Source of the DNA: Octopus sinensis
Taxonomy: Eukaryota
DNA: 64,000 bases
Assembly: GCF_006345805.1 (NCBI RefSeq)
Contig: NC_043025.1
Location: 8,184,001 to 8,248,000, forward strand
Direction: 5' to 3'
Shown piece by piece: positions 1-13,002 of the stretch (position 1 is the stretch's first letter; each line of letters starts with the position of its first letter). Both the position numbers and the translations under genes were made by a program. The notes under the pieces were generated by a model that saw only the letters and a program-made list of their open reading frames with translations, was not told where the DNA came from and ran no database searches.

Positions 1-44
1 GGAGCCAACTTGTACAAAACATAAAGTAAAAGTCAAACATAGAT

Positions 45-470
45 GCAGGAGTGGCTGTGTGGTAAGTAGCTTGTTTACCAACCACATGGTTCCGGGTTCA
101 GTCCCACTGCGTGGCACCTTGGGCAAGTGTCTTCTACTATAGCCTCGGGTCGACCAAAGCCTTGTGAGTGGATTTGGTAGACGGAAACTGAAAGAAGCCC
201 GTCGTATATATGTATATATATATATATATGTGTATGTGTTTGTGTGTCTGTGTTTGTCCCCCTAGCATTGCTTGACAACTGATGCGGGTGTGTTTATGTC
301 CCCGTCACTTAGCGGTTCGGCAAAAGAGACCAATAGAATAAGTACTGGGCTTACAAAGAATAAGTACTAGGCTTACAAAGAATAAGTCCCGGGGTCGAGT
401 TGCTCGATTAAAGGCGGTGCTCCAGCATGGCCGCAGTCAAATGACTGAAACAAGTAAAAGAGAAAAGAGT
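45..470 (+). mobile_element. Dominant tRNA-derived SINE of about 420 bp; at least 15 further copies in both orientations (e.g. 2327-2815, 8670-9250, 22035-22460, 28955-29385, 51940-52545, 58555-58968, 60132-60542, 60625-61020, 62060-62510, 63455-63870)
   Basis: Head GGAGTGGCTGTGTGGTAAG...GGGTTCAGTCCC (A/B boxes), CORE-like ACCTTGGGCAAGTG, internal (TA)n(TG)n, tail (TAAAAGAG)n. Confidence 0.9.
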
Positions 471-490
471 ATAGAATAATAATAATAATA

Positions 491-527
<37 letters not shown>

Positions 528-614
528 GTGACCATTACAGTCCCCTCATTATACTAACACCTCCACCAAGCACCCCCACCACACTGACCCTTCTTTTAAT
601 GTATTTATCCACAG

Positions 615-753
615 GCAGAAGGTTCTACACATGAGATGAGTCAGCCCTTGTCAGTGAACGTGTCCTTGGAGGAACCTTTCACGGAATTAGTTGAAATCAA
701 ATATCCACCAAAAGTTGTGGAGGGATCCGAGGTTGTATCAGTGTCAGTCATTT
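615..753 (+). CDS. TEP exon ([10 protein letters not shown]...[13 protein letters not shown]), just before the thioester domain
   Basis: Acceptor ccacag|GCA, donor T|gtaagt, phase 0 to 1. Confidence 0.9.
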
Positions 754-1378
754 GTAAGTTTCCAGGTTCAATCCTTGTTGAATGCCCTTCTTATGTCATG
801 CAATCGTCATCATTATTTTAATATCTGTTTTTCAGATCACATTCTCACATACACACACACACACACATACATATATACATACATCATCATCATTGTCATC
901 ATCATTTAACGTCCACTTTCCATGGTGGTATGGGTTGGACGGTTTGACTGGGGACTGGTGAGCCAGATGGCTGCACCAGGCTCCAATCTGATCTGGCAGA
1001 GTTTCTACAGCTGGATGCCCTTTCTAATGCCAACCACTCCGAGAGTGTAGTGGGTGCTTTTATGTGCCACCGGCACGAGGGCCAGTCAGGCGGTACTGGC
1101 AATGGCCATGTTCAAATGGTGTTTTTACATGTCACCTGTGCAGGAGCCAGTCCAGCGGCATTGGCAACGCCCTCGCTCAAATGTTGTTTTTCACGTACCA
1201 CCTGCACAAGTGCCAGTAAGGTGATGCTGGTAATGATCACACTCGAATGATGCTTTTACATGCCACCGGCACGGGGGCCAGTCTGCGGCCCTGGCAACGA
1301 TCACGCTCGGATGGTGCTCTTAGCACTCCACTAGCACAATTGCCAGTCATGTGGTACTGCTATCGAATTTACACATAT

Positions 1379-1410
<32 letters not shown>

Positions 1411-2553
1411 TTAACGTCTGTTGTCCATGCTGGCATGGGTTGGATGTTTTGACTGAGAGCTAGCGAACCAGATGGCTGCACCAGGCTCCAGTCTTGATCT
1501 GGCAGAGTTTCTACAGTTGCATGCCCTTCCTAACGCCAACCACTCCGAATGTAGTGGGTGCTTTTTATGTGCCACCTGCATGGGTGCCAGTCAGGCGATA
1601 CTGGCAATGACTTCGCTCGAATCTTTTACATGTGCCACCGACACAGGTGCCAGTGAAGCGACGCTGGTAACAATCACACTCGAATGGTGCCCTTTTACGT
1701 GCCATGGGTACATATTCCCCAATACTCAAAAAAACCATCTGTATCAACTTGGTTATATCATGCTCGGTGTTTGGGTCCCACATCAATTGAATGAAGCTAA
1801 CCTCACCCAGTAGATTTCCATCTGTGATTCATAGTAGAAATGTGAAGAAAATGATTCTTGTTTTTGAAGAGAATGGTGAAAGGTGATGTAAAATGGATTG
1901 TCGATAAATAACAATTTGAAGCACAAGCAACCACGGAAACAGAGTAGAGAATCAGTGCAAACAACCTCCAAAGCAGGACTCCACCTGAAGAAGGTTATAC
2001 TTTCAATTTGGAGGTATCTATTAAAGGATGTCTATTAATGCAAGCTTTTCCCACAAACAGGACCATCAAATCAGATGTGTAGTGTGACCAATTGGACAAA
2101 TTAAATGCAATGACCCACCAGAAACGTCCAACATTTGCTAATTGTAAGAGCAATGTGTTTAATTACAACAATGCCAGATCACACACAGCCATGGCCAAAG
2201 TTTCTAACTAGAAAGTGTATGGCCTGGTCAGCCTGTAATGACATGCATAAGATCTGGTCAACAAATCTAAGTAGAGATTTCAAACTTGAAATCTTCAAAG
2301 CCACAGTCGATCCAATTCTACTATACTCTCTTTTACTCTTTTACTCTTTTACTTGTTTCAGCCATTTGACTGCGGCCATGCTGGAGCACCGCCTTTAGTC
2401 GAACAAATTGACCCCGGGACTTATTCTTTGTAAGCCCAGTACTTATTCTATCGGTCTCTTTTGCAGAACCGCTAAGTGATGGGGACGTAAACACACCAGC
2501 ATCAGTTGTCAAGCAATGCTAGGGGGACAAACACAGACACACAAACACACACA

Positions 2554-2599
<46 letters not shown>

Positions 2600-3687
2600 A
2601 TATATATAATATATATATATAATATATATATATATATACATATATATGACAGGCTTCTTTCAGTTTCCGTCTACCAAATCCACTCACAAGGCATTGGTCG
2701 GCCTGGGGCTATAGCAGAAGACACGTGCCCAAGATGCCACGCAGTGGGACTGAACCTGGAACCATGTGGTTGGTTAGCAAGCTAGTTACCACACAGCCAC
2801 TCCTATGCCTATATGGCTCAGAAACCTGGACGTTATCAAAGAAGCTTGAGAGGCGGTTGGATGGAACTTACACTCGCCTCCTTATGAGAGCTCAAAATCT
2901 CTCGTGGAAGCGTCATCCAACCAAAGTACAAATATATGGGAAACTACCACCTGTATCATCTCTTGTGAAAGGTAAGAGAGTCCAGTTTGCTGGACATTGT
3001 TGCAGAGCTGAAAAAGAGGTAATTTCTACTCTTCTCCTCGTGAAGCCATCTACTCGCAATACCAGAGGGCGCACACTCTCCTACCCTGATGTAATCTCCA
3101 GGGATACAGGCATCCAGCAACAGGGCCTCGGTAATGCTATGATGGACCGGGAAGTCTGGCGTAGCATGGTAAATTCCATTGTCTCAACCATGGTCGAACA
3201 ATGATGATGATGACAGGGGCTTGGCTGGGAAGTTTTACCACACACTCCATATTCAATCGACCCAGCGCCTTCAGATTTCGACCAGTTTTCATTTCTTCAA
3301 AATTCATTGAATAGACAGATTTTCAGTTCTCTCTCTTCTCTTTCTCCCCTTTCTCATTCCTCTCCTTATCTCTCTCTATCTCACCCTTTCTCTTTTCTCT
3401 CTCCTTCTCCTCTCTGTCCCTCCTACCATTTCTCCTTCTATCACTTCCTATCTCTCTTTCTTTCTCTCCTCCCCTTCTTCCTCCCCCTCTCTCTCTACCT
3501 TCTGTGTTTCTTCCTCTTTTTCTTTTCTCTTGACATTTTCTCCTTTTCTCCTACCAATTTCCTTTCTCTCTTTCTCTCTCACACACCTTCCTCACTCTCT
3601 TTCTCTTCCTCTCTTGCTCCCCACCTCTCCCCTGAACATGTTCTTTTCTTTTCTCTTGACATTTTCTCCTTTTCTCCTACCAATTTG

Positions 3688-3722
<35 letters not shown>

Positions 3723-4337
3723 ACACACCTTCCTCACTCTCTTTCTCCTCCTCTCTTGCTCCCCACCTCCTACCTTGAATATGTTCTTTTCTTTTCTAGG
3801 TGACATCATGGGACCAGTATTAAGTGGACTTGACCGATTGATCAGGTTTCCCACAGGCTGTGGGGAACAGACTATGCTATCACTGTATCCCAATGTGCTT
3901 GTCTTCATGTACCTGGAAGCCAGGGATCGACTCAGCCCTTCAACAAGTCTGCAACTTGAGAAAAATACCATTGGAGGTAAATTTAGGGTTTACCACTTCA
4001 AAAGATCCCAAAGTTTTATTTTTGTTTCTCTATTATTAGCAGAAACTGATGGATAAAAAAATCAAACTACATAAACAAATGGCAGCAAAACCATTCAGAA
4101 ATTAAATAACACTAACATATTCAGTAACAATATTAAATCTAATTTATCCTCAACAATTTTTAGTTTTACCAATTTTGAATGTATATCGGAGCGATCTCAA
4201 GATTAATCAGCCGAAATTGCGAGGATGATCCGGTTCTTGACTGAAGATTGAAGGCTTCGAACTTCGAATGTCCCGTCTGTGTTTTTTTGTATCGTCTTCT
4301 AAATGTTTTTACGTTCTTGTCCCAGTTTGTATTTTTC

Positions 4338-4381
<44 letters not shown>

Positions 4382-4664
4382 GCATACATACATACATACA
4401 TACAATCATTCATACATACATACATACATACAATCATTCATACATACATACATACATACATACATTCACACACACATGCATACATATATGGATACATACA
4501 TACATACATACATACATACATACATACAATCATTCATACATACATACATGCATTCACACACACATGCATACATATATGCATACATACATACATGCATACA
4601 TGCATACATTCATACATACACACATGCATACATACATACATACACACATACATACACACACACA

Positions 4665-4698
<34 letters not shown>

Positions 4699-4722
4699 CA
4701 TACATACATACATACAATCATT

Positions 4723-4754
<32 letters not shown>

Positions 4755-6227
4755 CATACATACATACATACAATCATTCATACATACATACATACATACA
4801 TACATTCATACACACAAGCACACACATACATGCATACACACACATATATTCACGGAGCTTCTTTCAGTTTCCATCTGCCAAATCCACTCACAAGATTTTT
4901 GGTCAGCCAAGGGTTTATAGTAGAAGGGAGATGGTCAAGGTGTCATACAGTGGGACTGAACCCAGAAACACAGGGTTGCAAAGCAAGCTTCCTATTGTGA
5001 CATACAGTTGTTCATTTGTGTTTATTTTTATTTAAAGGTTACCAAAATGAATTAACGTACCAGCACAAAGATGGGTCATTCAGTGCTTTTGGGGATAGAG
5101 ATGAATCAGGAAGTACTTGGTAAGTTATCTCTTGGTTTAAAGATGATCACAGTTGTTATTTAACCCCAAGGTTTCATTCATTGGACAGCAGCCATGCTGG
5201 GATATTTCCTCGGCGGGTTTTAGTTAAGCAGAGTGACCCTAGTCCTTATTTTCCTGTTTCAAAATCTAGTACTTTCTGAGCCAGACTCTTTTGCCAATCA
5301 CTTTTACATTATACGGGCGTAAACAAACCAACAGCTGTTGTCAAGAAGTGGTGTTGGGCAAACAAAATAACGTACACGTGTACATAATATATATGTGTGT
5401 ATACTTACATATACATATACATACACATATATATATATATCATCATCATCATCATCATCATTTAACGTCTGCTTTCCATGCTAGCATGGGTTGGACGATT
5501 TGACTGAGGTCTGGCGAACCAGACTCCAGTCTGATCTGGCAGAGTTTCTACAGCTGGATGCCCTTCCTAATGCCAACCACTCCGAGAGTGTAATGGGTAC
5601 TTTTTCATGCCACCGGCACGAGGGCCAGTTTGGTGGTACTGGCAACAGCCATGCCCAAATGGTGCTTTTTATGTGCCACCTGCACAGGAGCCAATCCAGC
5701 GGCACTGGTGATGACCTCGTTCGAATATTTCACGTGCCACCAGCACAAGTGCTAGTAAGGCGACGCGGTAACAATCACGCTTGAATGGTGTGCTTGATGA
5801 CGTGCCATCGGCACGAAGGCCAGCTTGTTGCTCTGGCAACGATCTCACTCATATGGTAAAAAAAATGTGTATATAAATATATATATATATATACATATAT
5901 AATTTCAGCAAAACAATTTAGATTCAAAAGAATATTTTACTTAACTTAGATGCACCAGAATTTTTTATGGTATTAACCATAAAATTACGTGGGGTGATTA
6001 TAACCAAGAAGAAAGCAACTCCTATAACTTCATAAGGATATTTACACTCTCTAAGATGTTTGGAAAACCTATATGAAATTTAGCTGAAGAATACTTGACA
6101 TTATATTTGCTGTAATATTTGCAGCTTTAAATAAAATGTTTATAGTATGAAACAATTGTACTAAACTACCGATCCATTCTTGTTGCTTTCTTCTTGGTTA
6201 TATATATATATGGTTATATATATATAG

Positions 6228-6321
<94 letters not shown>

Positions 6322-9300
6322 GGTCCCGGGTTGAGTCGGGGTTAACCACAGTAAATAAGGTACTCAATACATAGCAGAGTAAAGTAATTTATTTTATAGA
6401 AGGAGCTTCTACAGGACTAGAACTGTTTCATTCAGATGAAATCTTCAGGAAGCTTGGTGTCAAGAATAGTTTTGGCATTTATACATTTAGGCAGATTTAA
6501 TGGGGTGGTGGTGGGGGACTTTTTGGGGGTAGGTTGGTATTTAGGAGATAAACAGGGCACAAGCTATTGTTCTTAGGGGAGTGGTCAAAAGACCACTGAA
6601 ATGAGAAGAATCAGTGAGAAATAAATGAATAAATGAATAGAAACCCCAAGATTAGTATTTCAACAGATATACTGGATGGGATTTTAGGTAAATTAGAAGA
6701 CAATTGCTACTGATTCTTCTCATTTCAAAAAACACTCTGGCCTTTTGACCACTCCCCTAAGAACAATAGCTTGTGCCCTGTTTATCTCCTAAATACCAAC
6801 CTACCCCAAAAACGTCCCCCACCACCACTCCATTAAATCTGCCTAAATGCATAAATACCAGAACTTATTTTGACAGCCAGCTTCCTGAAGATTTCATCTG
6901 AATGAAACAGTTCTAGTCCTGTAGAAGCTCCTTCTATAAAATAAAATAAAAATATATATATATATATATATTTATACACACATTTTTTTTCTCTCCTTGT
7001 TTTTTTTCTGTGTCCCTTTCTGTAGAAGATCATAGGCTTGAAACATAAAAGACTTTTTCTATTCCTGAGCGTTATACTAATACATCTGTTTGTGTGTCTG
7101 TGTGTGTGTGGTGGGGAGTAAATGTGTACAGGTGAAAAAGAAGACTTCAGAAACTGCAGGGGCTGCTCAGAAGCTCCTCTTCTGGATCCTTTATAATGTT
7201 GGAAACCCTTCCATATCATCAGCATTTATCTCAGGGTTCCTTTATCCCTTAGCTTTCACAAATGTATAGGCCCAAGGGCAAAGTGCTTGTGACCCTTGCC
7301 ACAAGTACAACCTTTGTTAAAGCTTTTTATTTCCTGTTTCACTTATAGGTTGACAGCTTATGTGATTAAATGCTTCTGTAAAGCAAAACACCAGATGAAA
7401 GGTGTAACAATTGACAGCAAAGTGATAGAGAAAGCAGTGTCTTGGTTACTCGAACGGCAGCAAAAAGATGGGTCGTTTAAAGAAGTTGGCAATGTCATCC
7501 ATAAAGATATGCAGGTGAGTATTATAAACCGAACAGAGGACGAGAATGTTTAAAAAAGTAAGGTGTGTGATACGAAGTTTATTTCGCAAACAAATGGGCT
7601 TGGGTTCAGTCCCACTGCAGGGTACTTTGGGCAAGTGTCTTCTACTGCAGCCCCAAGCCAACCAAGGCCTTGTGAGTGGATTTGGTTCTCAGAGAATGAA
7701 ACAAGCCTCTAATATATGCATGCACACACACACATACACACACATACACACACACACGCACACAGAAGATGGATAAGGTACCTGTGAGTGACCTTCTTCT
7801 GGAGGCAATTCTGTGATATGCTAATTAACTCATAGCTGGGGCCCTCACAAAAGGCTTTGGTCAGCTTGAGGCTATATTGGAAAACACTAATGTAAGGTGC
7901 CACACAGTGGGACTGAACCCAATACATTGTGATTACAAATTAAGCTTCTTATCGACTCTGCCATGCCTATTTTATTATGATATTTAAATGTGATATCTTT
8001 ATGTGTTGTATCTCTTGTCTGTATATATGAATAATATTTCACCATCTTCCAACCGGTTTCCTCTTTTGTATTTCCCATCTAGGGTGGAACATCCTCCGGT
8101 GTTACCCTGACTGCTTTTGTTGCAATCAGTCTCCTACAGTGCCAAGAAGTGAATGCGGTAAGTTAATCCCTCACACACACACATGCACACACACACAAAC
8201 ACACACACACACACAGATACACAGACACACACACACAAACACACACACAGGCACACACACATACACACACATACACACACATACACACACAGACACACAC
8301 ACACAAACACCCACAGACACACACACAAACACCCACACACACACAAACACACACTCACACAGACACACAAACACACACACACAGATACATAGACACACAC
8401 ACACAGACACACACACAGACACACACACACAAACACACACACACAGACACGCACACACACACACACACACAAGATGCATTCCAGAAGTTCTAAGACTGTT
8501 TTAGGAGAGGCAGTTATTATAACTGTCTCAGATTATTGTAGCTTCAGTCCATCATTAGTATACATCTAATAAGCTGACCTACCAACAACTTTAGTTATTC
8601 CAGATTGTAGGAGATGGCTATGACACCACTTTGAACCATATTAAACACTGCATTTTTTTTCAACTAAATAGGCGTAGGAGTGGCTGTGTGGTAAGTAGCT
8701 TGCTTACCAACCCCATGGTTCCGGGTTCAGTCCCACTGTGTGGCACCTTGGGCAAGTGTCTTCTACTATAGCCTCGGCCGACCAAAGCCTTGTGAGTGGA
8801 TTTGGTAGACGGAAACTGAAAGAAGCCTGTCGTATATATGTATATATATAGGTGCAGGAGTGGCTGTGTGGTAAGTAGCTTGCTTACCAACCACATGGTT
8901 CCGCGTTCAGTCCCACTGTGTGGCACCTTGGGCAAGTGTATTCTACAATAGCCTCGGCCGACCAAAGCCTTGTGAATGGATTTGGTAGACGGAAACTGAA
9001 AGAAGCCTGTTGTATATATGTATATATATGTATGTGTGTGTATGTTTATGTGTTAGTGTTTGTCCCTCCCCAACATCTCTTGACAACCGATGCTGGTGTG
9101 TTTACATCCCCATAACTTAGCGGTTCGGCAAAAGAGACCGATAGAATAAGTACTAGGCTTACTAAGAATAAGTCCTGGGGTCGATTTGCTCGACTAAAGG
9201 CGGTGCTCCAGCATCGCCACAGTCAAATGACTGAAACAAGTAAAAGAGTAACTAGTTTGAAGAATGTAGTTGGGATGTAAGGACAATTTGCTGTGCAATA

Positions 9301-10031
9301 AAGTTTTGCCCTAAACCAAGCAAAACATTACAAAATATTACAGAAATGCTCCAGGCAGCTTATGGATTAACTTCTATGAGCCAGGAATCTGTTTTTCACT
9401 AGTACCAGCATCGCCTTCCTGACATTTGTGCCCGTGCTAGTTGGGTGCCAAGAGCACCATCCGAGTGTGATCGTTGCCAGAGCAGCCAACTGGTTTCTGT
9501 GCCAGTGGCACGTAAAGGGGCTCCATTCGAGCCTGATTGTTACCAGCATCGACTTACTGGCTCCTGTGCTGGTGGCATGTGTAAGAGGATTCAAGCGAGG
9601 TCGTTGCCAGTACCTATTTCTTTATTAGCCACAAGGGGCTAAACACAGAGAGGACAAACAAGGACAGACAAATGAATTAAGTCAATTATATCGAGCCCAG
9701 TGCGTAACTGGTACTTATTTAATCGACCCCAAAAGGATGTAAGGCAAAGTCAACCTCGGCGGAATTTGAACTCAGAACGTAATGGCAGACGAAATACCGC
9801 TAAGCATTTCGCCCGGTGTGTTAACGTCTTTGCCAGTACTGCCTGACTGGCCCCCGTGCTGGTGACATGTAAAATGCACCCACTACACTCTCGGAGTGAT
9901 TGGCATTAGGAAGGGCATCCAGCTATAGAAACTCTGCCAAATCAAGATTGGAGCCTGGTGCAACCATCTGGTTTGCCAGCCCTCAGTCAAAATCGTCCAA
10001 CCCATGCTAGCATGGAAAGCGGACATTAAAC

Positions 10032-10064
<33 letters not shown>

Positions 10065-12098
10065 GAGGGACAGGGAAATCAGAAGAGTGGAGGAGGTTCT
10101 GGATGAAGACCATCACATGTATATTGCAACTATACATAGAATTATTCATGAAGATCTGAACATGAGTGAAATTTGTGCAGAGTTTGTTTCCAGGGTGGTA
10201 CTCAGTGACAAGCATCCCGGTAACCAACTATTTGACTGAGAGGGATATCAGAACTGTCCCTCATCCTCCCTACAGTCCAGACCTAGCCCCCAGAGACTTT
10301 TGGATGTCCCTTAAGCTGATTGTGCTTTTTCTCTTTTACTCTTTCACTCTTTTAACTGTTTCAGAGCACCGCCTTTAGTCAAACAAATCGACCCCAGGAC
10401 TTATTCTTTGGAAGCCAAGTACTTATTCTATCAGACTCTTTTGCTAAACCGCTAAGTTACGGGGACATAAACACACTAGCATTGGTTGTCAAGCGATATT
10501 TGGGGGACAAACACAGACACAAACATATAGACACACATACATATATATATACATATACACACACAGATACACACACACACACACACATTATTAATCAACT
10601 AATAAATTTATTAATCATCATCATCATCGTCGTCATCATTTAACATTTAACGTTGAGGGATCGCGAGTTCGAATCTCAGACCGGGCGATGTGTGTGTTTA
10701 TGAGCGAAACACCTAAGCTCCACGCGGCTCCAGCAGAAGATAATGGTGAACTTCTGCTGACTCTTTTGCCACAACTTTCTCTCACTCTTTCCTCCTGCAT
10801 CTTGCAGCTCACCTGTGACGGACCGGCGTCCTGTCCAGGTGGGGAACCTATACGCCAAGGAAACCGGGAAACCGGCCCTTATGAGCCAGGCATGGCTTGA
10901 GAAGGAACAAACAAACAACAGTGGACATGCGATCGAGGGATCGTGGGTTCGAATCTCAGACCGGGCGATGTGTGTGTTTATGAGCAAAACACCTAAGTTC
11001 CACGTGGCTCCGGCAGAAGGTAATTGCGAACTTCTGCTGTCTCTTTCGCCACAACTTTCTCTCACTCTTTCCGCCTGCATCTTGCAGCTCACCTGTGACG
11101 GACCGGCGTCCTGTCCAGGTGGGGAACCTATACGCCAAGGAAACCGGGAAACCGGCCCTTATGAGCCAGGCATGGCTCGAGAAAGAACAAACAATCTTTA
11201 GTATGTGGGACAGTGGTTGGTATCTGTCAGTTCTACCAACGAGATTGAGGTAAATATCTCTCATCCTGGCATTGGTATATTCAGTCACTTTTATGGGTAG
11301 AAATGTGAGACGACTTTAACTGCTCCAAGTAAGATTACCATCATCATCACTACCACCACCACTATCACACCACCAGCACTATTATTTACCACTACCATCT
11401 TCACCACACCCATTACTATTATCACACTACAACCATGACTACAGCTACCACCACTACCACCACCACTACTACCCCCACCACCACTACCCCCACCACCACC
11501 ACCACCACTACCACAACCACTACCACCACTACCACCACCACTACTACCCCCACCACCACTACCCCCCCACCACCACCACCACCACCACTACCACAACCAC
11601 TACCACCACTACCACCACCACTACTACCCCCACCACCACTACCCCACCCCCACCACCACCACCACCACTACCACAACCACTACCACCACTACCACCACCA
11701 CTACTATACTACCCCCACCACCACCACTACCCCCCCCCCACCACCACCACTAACCACAACCACTACCACCACTACCACCACCACCACTACCACCACCACC
11801 ACCACCACCACCACAACCACTACCACCACTACCACCACCACCACTACCACCACCACCACTACCACCACCACCACTACCCCCACCACCACTCTCACACTAC
11901 CAATACTATATTATTTACCACAACCAACCTTCACTACACCCGTTACTATTATCGCTCTACTAACGTGACCCAACTACTACCACTACCATCATCACCACAC
12001 CTACTATCACCTCTACCACTATTCCTACCATCCCTGTGATGATAATATCAACGACAACGACGACGACCATCATCACCACCACCACCACTACCACCACT

Positions 12099-12143
<45 letters not shown>

Positions 12144-12518
12144 GCTACTATTTCATCAATGTTACATTTGTTCAGGTCAACGTTACAGACTCACTCAAAG
12201 GAACGGCTGAATACCTTCGATCATGGGTCAACAACAGGAGGGCCAAGGATGCGTATTCCCTGTCTGTCGTCCTCACTGCATTTGCCTTGTTGAAGGATGG
12301 TGGCTACTTTAACAGGGTCAACAAACAGCTTCTTAGTTTGGCAACAAAGAAAGGTAACAACTAGATCTTCATAGCATTGGAGATTGATTCTGTCCATCAC
12401 TCTGTCTGTCTGTCTGTCTGTCTTTCTTTCTGTCTACACACTCTCTCTCTCTTGTAATCTCTCATTTCTCCCCCTCTCTCTCTGTCTCTCTCTCTCTATA
12501 TATATATATATCTGAAGA

Positions 12519-12603
<85 letters not shown>

Positions 12604-12628
12604 ATATATATATATATATATTATATAA

Positions 12629-12722
<94 letters not shown>

Positions 12723-12762
12723 CATATATATATATGTGTGTATATATATATATGTGTGTGTA

Positions 12763-12793
<31 letters not shown>

Positions 12794-12871
12794 GTATATA
12801 TATAATATATATGTATATATATATATCTATACATATATATATGTGTATATATATATATACATATATATATG

Positions 12872-12909
<38 letters not shown>

Positions 12910-12923
12910 CATATATATATATG

Positions 12924-12957
<34 letters not shown>

Positions 12958-12958
12958 C

Positions 12959-13002
<44 letters not shown>

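Larger units (their letters stand above)
6387..6945. mobile_element. Penelope-like inverted repeat (arms of about 200 bp, spacer about 140 bp) with a hammerhead in each arm
   Basis: About 6390-6590 is the reverse complement of about 6740-6945 with few mismatches. Confidence 0.7.

Noticed and set aside
3307-3799. N-terminal Leu/Ser/Phe-rich part of ORF 3307..4056
   Set aside because: It is an intronic polypyrimidine tract; coding starts at the 3800 acceptor.
4205-4275. CTGAAGA and GAAA boxes in a repeat (second copy at about 32985-33050, minus strand)
   Set aside because: No consistent stems I-III in any hammerhead topology.
4268-5035. Other long low-complexity ORFs (also 11435-11968, 12496-13201, 19973-21162, 24055-24694, 27415-27990, 47728-48197)
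   Set aside because: Microsatellite translations.
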